A stretch of 64,000 nt of DNA, taken from assembly GCA_032718475.1 (NCBI GenBank), contig JAUCBJ010007137.1, forward strand, positions 1-64,000. The letters are read 5' to 3'. Position numbers and translations under genes: made by a program. The notes beneath the pieces were generated by a model. That model saw only the letters and a list, made by a program, of their open reading frames with translations. It had not been told where the DNA came from and ran no database searches. Shown here piece after piece: positions 37,401-48,710 of this stretch (its first letter is position 1; each line of letters begins with the position of its first letter). This DNA is from Nemertoderma westbladi. Taxonomy: Eukaryota > Animalia > Xenacoelomorpha.

Positions 37401-39634
37401 AGTTAGAAATACTTGTCAATCTCAGCCCTTTTCTATCTGTTTTACCATGGATTCACTACGGTGAACAAACTTAGGGACAGGATGGCCGGCTAGAGATCGG
37501 GCCGCAGCAATGAACGGGAACATCGGGGGAATGTAGACGAGAGACAACCCGCAATACCATCTTGAGTTATTCGCCCATCGCCTGAAAGGTTAGACAGCGT
37601 TCGACGCCTTGCTACCTAAGTATAAGACCAAAAGATCAAAAGGTAGAAGTAGTGACACGCTGTGAGCCTAAAATTACATCTTAGGGACTGTACTGTCTTG
37701 ATTCAGGAAAAACCGCAGTAGACCTTCATATTCCTACGGGGAGGGAGAGAGCGCAGGCAGATACTAGTACGCAGATAGGACGTAGGCACACCGGTACGAA
37801 GCATACAAATTGGTAGGGTGCAGCAAACTGTACGCCTAACTCTTGCTAAGTACAGGTGTGTGTGCGACTATTTGTAGTACGACAGTGTCCATTGCATTAG
37901 AACTTGTAGGCTAGGGGGGTTGCTGTGTTTTCACCTGAATTGGGATTGTACCGTTCAGGCGGTAGGGCAGTTTACAGCTAGGCGCAAATAAATTGAGGCT
38001 ATTAGGGATACTAACATCTACCGTGTCCCCGCCAACGCCCTAATAGGAAGTTACCCGGACTACCTGGGTGACTAAAATTCTAGATAGGAGCCAGGATAGC
38101 TATTAGTAACTGTACGCCTACAGTAGTAAACTAACACATCTCTTCTTAGTATCAGGGACCTGGTACCTAAAATTGCCGAATTCTGGGCGTAGCATTAACC
38201 TTATGCCTGAATTTGAGTCCTGGAAATACGCAAGAGGGGAAGGAACCTTATCATTCGTGAGTATTGGACCTACAAGTTACAAAATTAGAATATTCGTAAA
38301 ATGCACACCGTACCCAGTAATTATATATGTGAAGGAGCAAAACTGCTTTTGACCGTTCAGAATTAACACACGCGCGTTAGAAATTATTTACACCTCAAAA
38401 TATATAAAATTAACTTTCGTCCTTACTGCACTTTGCTCGCTAGTTAGACATCTCCAAATATCTGCCTCTGTACCTAGCTAGCGTCCCTTTTGCCCAACCA
38501 TATAAATCACACCGCGGCAAAGTATACGAGCCCCTTAGTCCGTCAGTGAGTCAGCCTGATTTTAGGATTCGCTGCGCGGGATTTTGTTTTATCGAAGTTT
38601 GTCTGCTCGTAGACTGTTTTCTGCCTCACCGGTTATAAGAGATCGATACTGCAATATATTCGCTTACTTAGAGTTTACTGTTTTGGTGAGAAGGTCGGAT
38701 TTATGATTTGATTCACAAACTTTACAGTAGGATATTGCAGGTATTGTTACTGTCTCTTCCATAGTAGGAATAGGTATTCTTCCAATAGTAGGAATATGAT
38801 TATTTTAACATATTTCCTAGAATAGTAGGAATATGTTTTACTGAACTACGGTTCGGTAGGACTAAAGTTATTTGAAAATTTTGTATTTTGAGGTAAAAAT
38901 TTGTATTTGATTAGCTAAGTGCTAATTTTTTGAAATAAAATTTGATTTGAACCGCGTGTAAAATATTTTGGAATTGAATACCGGTGTTTAAAAAGGGTTT
39001 AAATACCATATTGTACCGGTACAAAATTTTTCGTAAAAGTAAAACCTAACTCTTTTGTTTTTTCAGGATTCAGAACTCATTTCTAGACTGTAACGGGAGC
39101 AAGACCGTGTTTAGCAAGTTTGGGAGATAGATAACTCAACAACTTTGGTTGGGAAAATCGCGTTTCGTCCGCAACGTTAAAAACGGAAAGGTTCACGTCC
39201 GGTTTGTATCTGGGAATCTGTTTTTCTGGAGAATTATTGGAGTGGGTGAGTTCGAAAAGTTGCATAAATAAGTTAGGCATTACCGTATTAGTTAAAATTA
39301 TTGTGGGTTCCACTGTCTCAAGTATTTATGCATTCCGTATGATTTCTTTGTTCATTGCTGAATTAGTCCGTATTATTGTATTTAATTTACCTTTTGATAA
39401 CGCATATCGTTATCCGATTTATTTGTTATAAAATTGGCCGCTAGGCTAATTTTATTATATACTTATTCCGTGACATTTATTTGCTGTAAAATTGGCCGTT
39501 TAGGCTAATTTTATCCATCTGCTATAAAATCGGCCGGTAGGCTAATTTTATATGACTGTAATTAGTACCGTTTAGATAAAATACGGTAAGTTTGATACTT
39601 TGACACTCACTTTACTTGACTTACAACTACCGAA

Positions 39635-42600
39635 ATGAGTGACAAACAAGACTATACGAAGAATACACCTACCGACTATGACTCATGTGACGCGGATAAG
39701 TCAGCAGCGGAAGAACAACAGGGGAAGACTCGCGAGCCTACCGAACCTACACCGTGTGCGTCACCAGTACATCCAACGGGAGTACCGGATGCCGTAGTAC
39801 GAGGCGACGGCAGGACCGAGGACTTTCTAACTGTTCCGCAACCTAGATACAGGGAAACGGAATTGGTAAGTTCAGCAGGAAGCACAGAAAGTGTGGTTAG
39901 AAGCGTCGGAGGATACATGGCGCATATAACCAGGAGTATTGGAGAAGGCCAACGCATATTAGACGAGTTGACCGCTCCGATGTCTCGATTCGAGTTCTAC
40001 ACCCTCCAGGTTAGAGTACAAAGTAGAGTACACAAGTCCGTAGATAACCTAATTGGTCTACAAGATTTAGCTAGACAGAGACAGGACATGGATACTCAAC
40101 TTAGAATCCTCGAGAAACTAATGATCGCTAGAGAGAAACTGATTCAGTTTAAGTCGACGATTAGACAGATACAACAGGAACAAGCGGACCAGTTGTTAGG
40201 TGAGTCAGTTTCGGACGAATTATTACAACCCGAGGAAGAACAGGAACTGTACCGACTGGATGGACAATTGAAACACCTGACGGATCACTTACGTATGTGC
40301 GGCGAGGATGTCGGAGATTGGGAAACCGTGCCGGAGGCTACGAGGGAAACTTCATTCGCACAAATCGAATCGGCACCGGGAATACTAAATCAATCATTGG
40401 TAAGTATTCGTAGCGAAATCTGCGAGGGAAGTATGGTCACGTCAGAAGTTGCTCGACAACAACAAGAATTCTACCGACAACGACGAGAAATGGAGGAACA
40501 AGCTCAACTTCTAGTGATGCAGGCAGCAGTAGAGGAAGAGAAGCTACGCGTTGCGAATATAGCGAGAATCTCTCATCTACAGGAACAAGCTGAATTAGAA
40601 GCAGCTGAAGTAGAAAGGTTAGAGGTAGACATTGCCCGACAAGCGGCAGCGGCAGCGGCCGAGGTAGAGCGACAAGCGGCAGCGGCAGCGGCCGAGGTAG
40701 AGCGACAAGCGGCAGCGGCAGCAGCCGAGTCAGAGCGACAAGCGGCAGCGGCAGCGGTGGAATTAAAACGAAAAAGGTTAGTTTTGGAAGCACGGGCCGA
40801 AATGAAAACACGGCAAATAAAAGCTCAATCCGCTATACGACAAGCGGAGTTTGAGGCGCAACAACAACAAACGGAACAACGAGAGAAGACAGCTAAACTT
40901 CATTTCGAACTCGAGAAGAAGGCGAGAGAATTAGCGAACGCCGAGGAAGATCTGGATCAAAAGGCCCGCGATCGATCGATGAGATCTCGAGACGGACATG
41001 ACTTGGACCAGATAGAAGTAAGACATCGCCAAATTCAGGAACGAAAGAAGGAAGGAAGCGTAGGAGCACCCGGACGGGAACGACAATTAGTAAAAGACTT
41101 GTGTCAACGATTCCCACAGGTAACTCATATGTTTGCACCAGTTATGACTAAGGAACCTGTTTCGATTGCTGGTAGCAGTGATATTTCTCCTATCCATGGT
41201 GCGACGGAACACAGGTTTGTTATTCCGGACAAGTTTACACCGCCAAGAGCAACGTCGTCGCCTATTCCGAAAGTTAAGGTAAGTAACCCACCGATTACAG
41301 ATCGTAGTAGTTTATTGACCGGACCTGCACTACTAACGACTAAACAGGTGAGTCCACCGTCGACACCTAAACCCGTTACACACTACGCTTACCCAATGAC
41401 GTTTCGACCCACAAGGCCAGTTGTTTCAAACGCTGTCATTCGCCCACCGTTCAATCAGTGTACATCGCAATCTACGACTTCGAGGAAGACTTGTGAGCCT
41501 ACCGAACAATGGAGAACAGTGGATACGCGACCGTTCAATCAGTGTACATCGCAATCTACGACTTCGAGGAAGACTTGTGAGCCTACCGAACAACGGAGAT
41601 CAGTGGACGATGTTCCAAAGCGAAACGTTAGAATTCGTACGACGCAACGGACGCGAGCACGTCGACCGCCATACCCAGATGATAGTAGTACTTCGAGCGA
41701 ATCGGATTACCCGAAACGCGAGGTATTTAGAACAGGGGCGGCCGATGAATATAAACGCGAGCGTTCAGACAACTCCTTTGTAGACAATCCTCCACAGAAT
41801 ACACCAACACCGAAGGCGTTACAACCAACGGACGCAATAAGTACACAACAGTTCGCCGACATCCTGCGACCAGTTGTTAACAAGTTGGCTCAGATCGAGG
41901 AACGTCTGGAGGAAGGTTACACCGACAGTTCGAGAAATTCCGAATTCGAACACAATAGACACCCGAAGGAACCACAAAGACCGGTACCTTCAAAACATAC
42001 ATCGTATCAGGGAAAAGCGCCAAGAAGGGAGAACATCAACCTGGTTACCAACCAAGGACGCGAAACTCTGAACGTTGCCGAGGAGATAGCGAAATTCGCA
42101 GCCAGACAAGGATTGCCGGTACAACAACCACCGAAGTTTTCCGGTAGCTCAAAACACTGGCACACCTTTGTAGACTATATCGAATCCCAGATCGCCGTGT
42201 GCGCCTTTACATCACGGGAGAAGTTCAATTACCTGCTCCAAACGTTGTCAGGAGAACCTAAACGTTTGGCAGAGACCTTCGTTGGTGTACCGGACGCCTT
42301 CGAACCAGCATACGATCGTTTAACTTCGATATACGGAGGTACAGTCAGTATGGCCAGGTCAGTAATAGAGGAACTCTGTAAGGGAGGGGCTATCACTAAA
42401 CCCGTCGACTTATTAAAACTGGCTGACGAGATAAGGAACGCTATCACTACTTTAAGATCCATTGGACAGCTTGACTACGGGAATACCCCTACAGTCCTAT
42501 TAAAGATCATAGGACGACTCCACCATCGACTTCGTCGGGAGTGGAGAAAGATCGAATACCAGCGAGAAGAGCGGGGTGGATTCTTAAAACTGGAGGACGT

Positions 42601-43690
42601 GTACCTTCTAATATCCAGGGAGGCAGTAGTAGAAACTCGATCCAACTACACTGACCAGCACATCGTGGCAGAAGGAATCACATTGCCATCCTCCAACCGA
42701 CAAAAACCCCAGACAACATCCACCAAGACGGCCACTTACGCCACACCGACGGAATCACGACAATTCTCGGACGGTAGTAGGGTATCTGCGCCCATTGGGA
42801 CAAAACAGACGAGACAACAACTCAGTACCGACTTCAGCGGCTGCCAATACTGCGAGCATTTAGGCAAGCGGTATATCGGTCACAAGTTGCGAGGTTGTCG
42901 ACAGTTTCGCGAGTTGAACTCGGAAGAACGACGGCTGCAAATACGACCATTGGACTCTTGTTGGCAGTGTACGCGACACGGACACGTCCGTAAAGATTGC
43001 CCAAATACCGACACTTGTCCATCCTGTGGACGCAACCACGACGGTCTGCTCCACACAGACAGCCACACACCGACAAAACGCTTCGCCAGGGAACACCCGG
43101 AAGCAGCAGCGAGATGTGATGCGGCCTACAGAAAACGAGAATCGAAAACGACTCCAACCTTCGTGACCCATATTGAGGATTGCTTCTCAGAACAATCCGG
43201 ATCGTCGGACGAAGAGTCAGAAGACGACGACGTATATTCGGATGGAGATGACCAACCATCGATCGCGCTTCTGACGACTGACCAACTAAAGGGATTTAGT
43301 GTAATTCCGATTAAGATTACTGGCACAAAGGGGAGTAAGAGAATCTACGCGATTCTAGATTCAGCCTCATCTCACAGCTACGTGGATGAAAAGATAGCTG
43401 ACGTCGTGACGGATCTCAGACAAGGTAAGCGCGTCAGTTATACTGTAAGTAGTATGCACGGACAGCGTGCAATACCAGTGACACGAGTCAAGTTAAACTT
43501 AGACTCCCTTCTTCCGAAATCGCAACACAGCGAGAGGGAGAGGTCTTTGTTACCCTTCAAGGATTTGACCTTTGCGGCCACAAAAGACTTTAGTAACCTA
43601 CTAGGTCCAGTCCCAGAACAATCCTTGGAGGACCGTAAGTATTTCAGAAACTTGGTGTACCCGAATGTCCTGTCAATTATAGATCGGTAG
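39635..43690 (+). CDS. Gag plus N-terminal protease of element B (1351 aa; ends after a 1-nt deletion at ~43651)
   Basis: BEL Gag core (PPKFSGSSKHWHTF...EKFNYLLQTLSGEP), knuckles CQYC..GH..C, CWQC..GH..C, CPSC..HDGLLH, protease YAILDSASSHSYV. Confidence 0.92.
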   Translation: MSDKQDYTKNTPTDYDSCDADKSAAEEQQGKTREPTEPTPCASPVHPTGVPDAVVRGDGRTEDFLTVPQPRYRETELVSSAGSTESVVRSVGGYMAHITRSIGEGQRILDELTAPMSRFEFYTLQVRVQSRVHKSVDNLIGLQDLARQRQDMDTQLRILEKLMIAREKLIQFKSTIRQIQQEQADQLLGESVSDELLQPEEEQELYRLDGQLKHLTDHLRMCGEDVGDWETVPEATRETSFAQIESAPGILNQSLVSIRSEICEGSMVTSEVARQQQEFYRQRREMEEQAQLLVMQAAVEEEKLRVANIARISHLQEQAELEAAEVERLEVDIARQAAAAAAEVERQAAAAAAEVERQAAAAAAESERQAAAAAVELKRKRLVLEARAEMKTRQIKAQSAIRQAEFEAQQQQTEQREKTAKLHFELEKKARELANAEEDLDQKARDRSMRSRDGHDLDQIEVRHRQIQERKKEGSVGAPGRERQLVKDLCQRFPQVTHMFAPVMTKEPVSIAGSSDISPIHGATEHRFVIPDKFTPPRATSSPIPKVKVSNPPITDRSSLLTGPALLTTKQVSPPSTPKPVTHYAYPMTFRPTRPVVSNAVIRPPFNQCTSQSTTSRKTCEPTEQWRTVDTRPFNQCTSQSTTSRKTCEPTEQRRSVDDVPKRNVRIRTTQRTRARRPPYPDDSSTSSESDYPKREVFRTGAADEYKRERSDNSFVDNPPQNTPTPKALQPTDAISTQQFADILRPVVNKLAQIEERLEEGYTDSSRNSEFEHNRHPKEPQRPVPSKHTSYQGKAPRRENINLVTNQGRETLNVAEEIAKFAARQGLPVQQPPKFSGSSKHWHTFVDYIESQIAVCAFTSREKFNYLLQTLSGEPKRLAETFVGVPDAFEPAYDRLTSIYGGTVSMARSVIEELCKGGAITKPVDLLKLADEIRNAITTLRSIGQLDYGNTPTVLLKIIGRLHHRLRREWRKIEYQREERGGFLKLEDVYLLISREAVVETRSNYTDQHIVAEGITLPSSNRQKPQTTSTKTATYATPTESRQFSDGSRVSAPIGTKQTRQQLSTDFSGCQYCEHLGKRYIGHKLRGCRQFRELNSEERRLQIRPLDSCWQCTRHGHVRKDCPNTDTCPSCGRNHDGLLHTDSHTPTKRFAREHPEAAARCDAAYRKRESKTTPTFVTHIEDCFSEQSGSSDEESEDDDVYSDGDDQPSIALLTTDQLKGFSVIPIKITGTKGSKRIYAILDSASSHSYVDEKIADVVTDLRQGKRVSYTVSSMHGQRAIPVTRVKLNLDSLLPKSQHSERERSLLPFKDLTFAATKDFSNLLGPVPEQSLEDRKYFRNLVYPNVLSIIDR

Positions 43691-43692
43691 CC

Positions 43693-44526
43693 ATGCTGAT
43701 CGGGACAGACCAATTCAACCTACACCAAGTGTGGGAAACCAGACCATCGGCAGTCGTAGCGGGAAACGCATACGCATGTAGAACGCCGATAGGGTGGTAT
43801 ACTCGAGCGCCTGTGCGCACACTGGACATAAGTGACGAGGAAGACGATGTACAAAGTACATGTAGTTTATTAACTACAAATTCAATTCATTCCTTCTCAC
43901 ACGACGTGAACCATACTACACTACAGTCGACAAAACGTGACAGACGTGTGACTAGTATGATAAGTCACAAGGAGCAGCTAATCCACCAGCAGAGTTTAGA
44001 ACTTGGGGAGAAGACGAGTCAGTCAGAGATTCCATCGACGACAGATGATAACGCCGGAAGGCTTGCGAGTCTACCTACCCCAATAACCTCAACAATGCCC
44101 GTCGAGATCGACGATGACGCGTTGAGAAATCATCAAATGGAACAAGCTGCACTGGACAAGGAATTAACGGAGAAGACTATCAGGTGGTTAGAACAAGATA
44201 CAGCTGAACCTGGTAGCTACGAACCTTGTATGTCGGAGCAGGAGAAACAATCTCTGAAGATCATGGAAGATACTATCCGACAGACGGAGGACGGACATTA
44301 CGAGGTGGGGATGTTATGGCGTAGCCAAAGTCCTAAACTTATAAACAACTACCCACTAGCGTTAAGACGTCTACACTCAATCCGACAACGTCTATTAAAA
44401 GACGAGAAAGCCCATCTGCAGTATAACACTCAGATGGAGACGTATTTGACAAAGGGATACGCTATCCGAATGACTAACCCGGAGCGAGTGACCGACCAGA
44501 CGTACTACTTGCCACATCACTACGTA
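43693..44526 (+). pseudogene. Protease C-terminus and pre-RT region of B, truncated at YYLPHHYV
   Basis: MLIGTD, TPIGW, GHYEVGMLWR, NNYPLALRRL, YYLPHH; homologous to C 61790-62810. Confidence 0.88.
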
Positions 44527-45735
44527 CCTAAAGAGGTGAGGTCTCTATAGGGGTGCGTAGAACAGGCGGCGGCGGACTCGTGAGGGTCTGGGGGCACGTT
44601 AAATCTGTGGCAAAGTGCAAGGGAGATACTTAAGGCCCTCGTGTCTAACGAACCATGAATCGACATGGTGCCGTGGTACCGTCTAGTCGGCCTGTTGCCG
44701 TACTGCCAGTCCTGTACACAGTAGGGGTGGTGGCATGGCGTGATTTGTGGCTCATGTGGTGTGAACTATGTTTTGTATGTGGGCAATCAGTGGCAGTTTG
44801 CTTGGGGCTTGGATGGTTCCATTGACCGTCAGCTGTTCCGTTTTTTTGATACTATATGTTATTGTCTCCATGTTCAGCTGATTGGTCTTTGGTGGCATTG
44901 GAATAAACCGTCGGGTCTTGAGTTTTCTGTTGCTGTGGGTACGTGAGTACACGTGATTGTATGTGTGGCCACTGCGAGTGGGTATGGGAACCCTTGCCAG
45001 TTGGACAAGACGCCGCTGGTATTAGTAGGACCATACTTTACTGCGCCCCAGCATACTTTGTGCACACAAAGTTATTTTACCCTGTCGGTAAAATAAGGTA
45101 CTCTCGATTTTGCCGTTTGTCGATACAATTTTGTCCCCTCTGATTTTGTCTTTCTCGATTTTGACCCCGATTTTGTCCTTACCCGATTATGTCATCTGTG
45201 TGTGCATGGTATGTGTCAGATTTTGTGTTTACCGTAGTGTACTTGATTTCGTGAACATCTGTTGAGTACACGTGTACAGGACGGGTAAGTGGTTACTTGT
45301 TCCTAGCTTTCGAGCTAGTCAGTATTGTTGAGGAACGGTGTCCCCTCAATACTGCCGGCGAGGCAGGTGAAAACGTGTCAATATTCCATGTTGGGTAGCG
45401 CAAGCCCGCTTGGGACAAGACCGTCGGTTAGGCCCAAGGGCGACCTTGGTGCTCGATCGCTATCGACTGGTCCACCTGCCGGTTGACTCTTTGTTATACT
45501 TTGAGTTAGCTCAATGTACAGTCAGGCCACAGTAAGTTGACAGTAGCCGCCCATCTGGCTACACGTTCGACGAGCTGTGCTGGTGTGATCGGGGGACCGA
45601 AAACAGAACCCGGGAAGCATCAGGCCACCCTCCGGCCCGGTCTGATAATAACATCTGTCGGACTGGCCCCAAGGGTGGTGGAAAGGTGTCCGCCTCGTGG
45701 GTGCGCCTCGGGGAGGAGCCCAGAAGGACACAAGT
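44527..45735. other. ~1.2-kb unrecognised segment replacing RT and RNase H
   Basis: Homology to C stops at YLPHHYV and resumes at NTIP (45737). No RT motifs; only short ORFs; internal GATTTTGTC repeats. Confidence 0.8.
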
Positions 45736-45736
45736 G

Positions 45737-48049
45737 AACACTATCCCTAAGGACGCGGAAATCAAGAAACCAAAAAAGGGGAAGGCAAAGAAAAAGACAA
45801 CGGCGGCAAAACTCAAGAAAAAACTGAAGGCGAAATGGAAAGATATAACTTCAAAGGTCAAGAGAGGAAGACTTGCGAGCCTTTCTACACCAGACATATC
45901 GCCAGACGGTCAACCAGATACGTTACTAGACGGTCAATCAGACATTCTACCAGACATTAGTAACGCATTGACAAACAGTAAAGCCGCAGTTTCTCTGTTG
46001 GAGCGGCCTTCTATTGACAAACAACCAGATACGTTACCAGACGTATCGCCAGACACATTACTAGACAGTCGACTAGACACTAGTAACGTACTGACAAATA
46101 GTGAAGCCGCAGTTTCCCTATTGGAGCGGCCTTGTATTGACAAACTACCAATTTTGACACACTTGAGCAACCATAAGCACGGTGAAACCTCATGTATTAC
46201 AGATGTGGGTAGTACCTACGCTAATGTAAATACAGGTGTTACTTTGCGCTCAAGAGACATACCGAACTTGCAACCTATGGTAAAACCTGGGATTAATGTC
46301 GGCAGAAAATTAAGTTTACCGAAACCTGCTGACCCCATAGAGTTCAAACCACCATTAACGATCGACTTACAAAGTACCGACAATCAAGGTAAGAAGACGA
46401 AGAAGGACAAATTACTTGTAGACCCGGACGGATCAACAGTCAACAAGGGAATACTTACCGGCGGACCCGTGGGCCCTTCTAGTAATTCAAAACCTTCCAA
46501 AATCTCCATTGACTTACCTGATGACGTCACAAATACTCACGTCGACCGGATTGTAAACTTAACAGACTCTTGGTCAAACGCTTGCCGAAAGTTAGCGTGG
46601 ATTGTACGTTTTGTACAATACGTTAAAGGCAAACGTGACTTTACACGTCGACTTACATTGGCTGAGATTGACAGGTGTGAAATTAAATTAATTCGCCATT
46701 ACCAACTGCGATATTTCGCACGCGAATTCACATCTATAAATCAAGGCCTACCAATCAAGTCGTCACCAATACTGAGTTGGAGTCCGATTATTTATAATGG
46801 CTTAATTTGTCATAAATCTCGGCTTCAAAACATTGACTTTAACACAAACTTTAGGTACCCAATAATAATACCGCAACACCACGAACTACAACGTGCAATG
46901 ATACTGGACGCACATTTACATCTGAAACACGCTGGAAGACACCACTGTCTTTCCTACTTACGTACAAGATTTGTATTAATTAGACCCAGTAAAGCGTTAA
47001 GTTCAGTGACACGTACGTGTATTATTTGTAAAAAGGTACACTCTAGAATAGGTACCCAAGAAATGAGTGAACTACCACAAGCACGACTTCAAGCATTCAG
47101 ACCACCTTTTACAGAGACTGGAATTGATTGCTTTGGTCCCATACATACGAAACGTGGACGTATACTAGTAAAACGCTGGGGACTGATTTTCACATGTATG
47201 TCCAGTAGGGCAGTTCATATTGAACGTGTGATGGATCTTTCCACTAACGCGTTTATACTAGCACTGCGGCGATTTATCGCTAGACGCGGACTAGTAAAAT
47301 GCTTGTACTCAGACCAAGGGACAATCTTTGTTGGTGCTCGGAATGAGATTGCTAGAGCCTTTAAGAAATTAGATCATGATCAAATCTCGAACGAACTACA
47401 ACCTCACAAGATTGTTTGGAAGTTCAATCCTCCAGATAGTCCTTGGAGAGGCGGAGTCTGGGAGAGATTGATTAGAGCTATAAAGACAGCCATGGCAAAA
47501 GTCATTCCAGTAAACCACATATTGACAGACGACCAACTGACAACATTGTTTGTTGAAATCGAGGCAATACTAAATACTAGACCAATAGTATTAGTACCCG
47601 ATGACAAACAATCTCAGTTTGCTTTGACACCGGCACACCTGCTTATGCAGGCACCGACAACTTTGACACCTATTTCTATTCCAATAGAAAGTGACAGCTA
47701 CGGTAGAAAAGCGTGGAAAATCACGCAACTACTGGCTAACAAATTCTGGGAAATATGGCAAAACCATTATTTGCCCTCTATTTCTGCCAGAACAAACTGG
47801 TACAATAACACCCGCGCATTAAAGCCGGGAGATCACGTGCTGTTAGCGGAAGTGAATCTAAAAAGACGCTTCTGGATAACAGGTGTAATTTTAGCCACAC
47901 ATCCATCTATGGATGGAGTGACAAGAACTGTGACGGTACGGACAATTGACGGTCGTACAGTAGACAGACCGACTCAACGTCTCGTACTTCTTGAAGAGAC
48001 TCGTAACGAGTCTGGAGACTACAAATCTCCACCTAATACTAGTAAATAA
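45737..48049 (+). CDS. Pol C-terminal part of B: low-complexity linker plus integrase (open frame, natural start lost)
   Basis: HLHLKHAG...CIICKK zinc finger, GIDCFGP, YSDQGT, GGVWERLI, EIEAILNTRP, LTPAHLL, RPTQRLVLLE. Confidence 0.9.
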   Translation, partial: NTIPKDAEIKKPKKGKAKKKTTAAKLKKKLKAKWKDITSKVKRGRLASLSTPDISPDGQPDTLLDGQSDILPDISNALTNSKAAVSLLERPSIDKQPDTLPDVSPDTLLDSRLDTSNVLTNSEAAVSLLERPCIDKLPILTHLSNHKHGETSCITDVGSTYANVNTGVTLRSRDIPNLQPMVKPGINVGRKLSLPKPADPIEFKPPLTIDLQSTDNQGKKTKKDKLLVDPDGSTVNKGILTGGPVGPSSNSKPSKISIDLPDDVTNTHVDRIVNLTDSWSNACRKLAWIVRFVQYVKGKRDFTRRLTLAEIDRCEIKLIRHYQLRYFAREFTSINQGLPIKSSPILSWSPIIYNGLICHKSRLQNIDFNTNFRYPIIIPQHHELQRAMILDAHLHLKHAGRHHCLSYLRTRFVLIRPSKALSSVTRTCIICKKVHSRIGTQEMSELPQARLQAFRPPFTETGIDCFGPIHTKRGRILVKRWGLIFTCMSSRAVHIERVMDLSTNAFILALRRFIARRGLVKCLYSDQGTIFVGARNEIARAFKKLDHDQISNELQPHKIVWKFNPPDSPWRGGVWERLIRAIKTAMAKVIPVNHILTDDQLTTLFVEIEAILNTRPIVLVPDDKQSQFALTPAHLLMQAPTTLTPISIPIESDSYGRKAWKITQLLANKFWEIWQNHYLPSISARTNWYNNTRALKPGDHVLLAEVNLKRRFWITGVILATHPSMDGVTRTVTVRTIDGRTVDRPTQRLVLLEETRNESGDYKSPPNTSK

Positions 48050-48092
48050 TTAGGAGTTTACAAATAGATTTCCACGTACCTGTACACCGTAG

Positions 48093-48199
48093 TAAAGACA
48101 GCGGTAGAATTCCATTGTCTTTATATGTGAACATTGAGGGTAGTACCCTTATGTGTCACATAGGAGCGGGATTTGTAGGTATAAGAAATGGAATTCTAC
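48093..48199 (+). promoter_or_regulatory. Conserved structured cis-element (predicted pseudoknot plus long hairpin) after the pol stop
   Basis: Conserved with C 57702-57809, including a compensatory base change. Confidence 0.6.
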
Positions 48200-48710
48200 T
48201 TGGAACTCACAATATTGAGACATTTTCGAAATTTTAGACAATCCATTTGGATTTGAAAATTTGTAAAAAATTTTCTCCAGTGAATAGATTTCAGGGTACA
48301 GTCGGGTGGAACTTAAAATTAGAGAAACAAGAGAGGAAGACTTGCGAGCCTTTCTTAAAATTTTAATTAAATTTTACACGGTCTTGTTTCAATAAGTTAC
48401 GTCAATAAATAGACTCCCCTATATTTATTACTAATTCTTGACTGCTTATTTTCTGATAATAGTTTGGGATCAAAAAGTGAGTATTTTAGACTCACGGCCA
48501 GTTTAGCCCAAATTCGTTTTATTTCGGCAAAAAATTTTAGATAAGAAGCAGCGTGTCATTAAAGAAACCCTAGATCTTAGGCTATGGGTAGGAGGTTAGA
48601 GCGTTGTCGAGCCCAAAGGGCAGACGAAACTCTCACGTCTCCTCACAACTAACTACAAACTCTGTTGTATTCCCTCTAGTAGTAATGATTATGTAACTAC
48701 ACCCCTAATT

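Larger units (their letters stand above)
36866..38763 (+). repeat. 5' LTR of element B
   Basis: Direct repeat of 53382-55282; TATATAAA at 37277-84, AATAAA at 37395-400. Confidence 0.93.

Noticed and set aside
39083-39431. Conserved small ORFs (75-76 aa) in the leader of A and B
   Set aside because: Identity reflects recent common ancestry; both strands give ORFs, starts are non-ATG and no domain is recognisable.
43640-43695. Programmed gag-pol frameshift in B
   Set aside because: A and C read through this protease segment in one frame (RHLGVPECPVNY / RHLGIPECPVNY); B simply has a 1-nt deletion.
44056-44075. GRLASLP as a repeated protein motif (e.g. protease site)
   Set aside because: The same nucleotides occur in other frames and in non-coding DNA, so the peptide is a by-product of the nucleotide motif.
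45625-45690. Hammerhead or HDV-like ribozyme in the RT-replacing segment
   Set aside because: Stems exist but the CUGANGA/GAAA core or HDV topology could not be matched by eye; needs an Infernal search.
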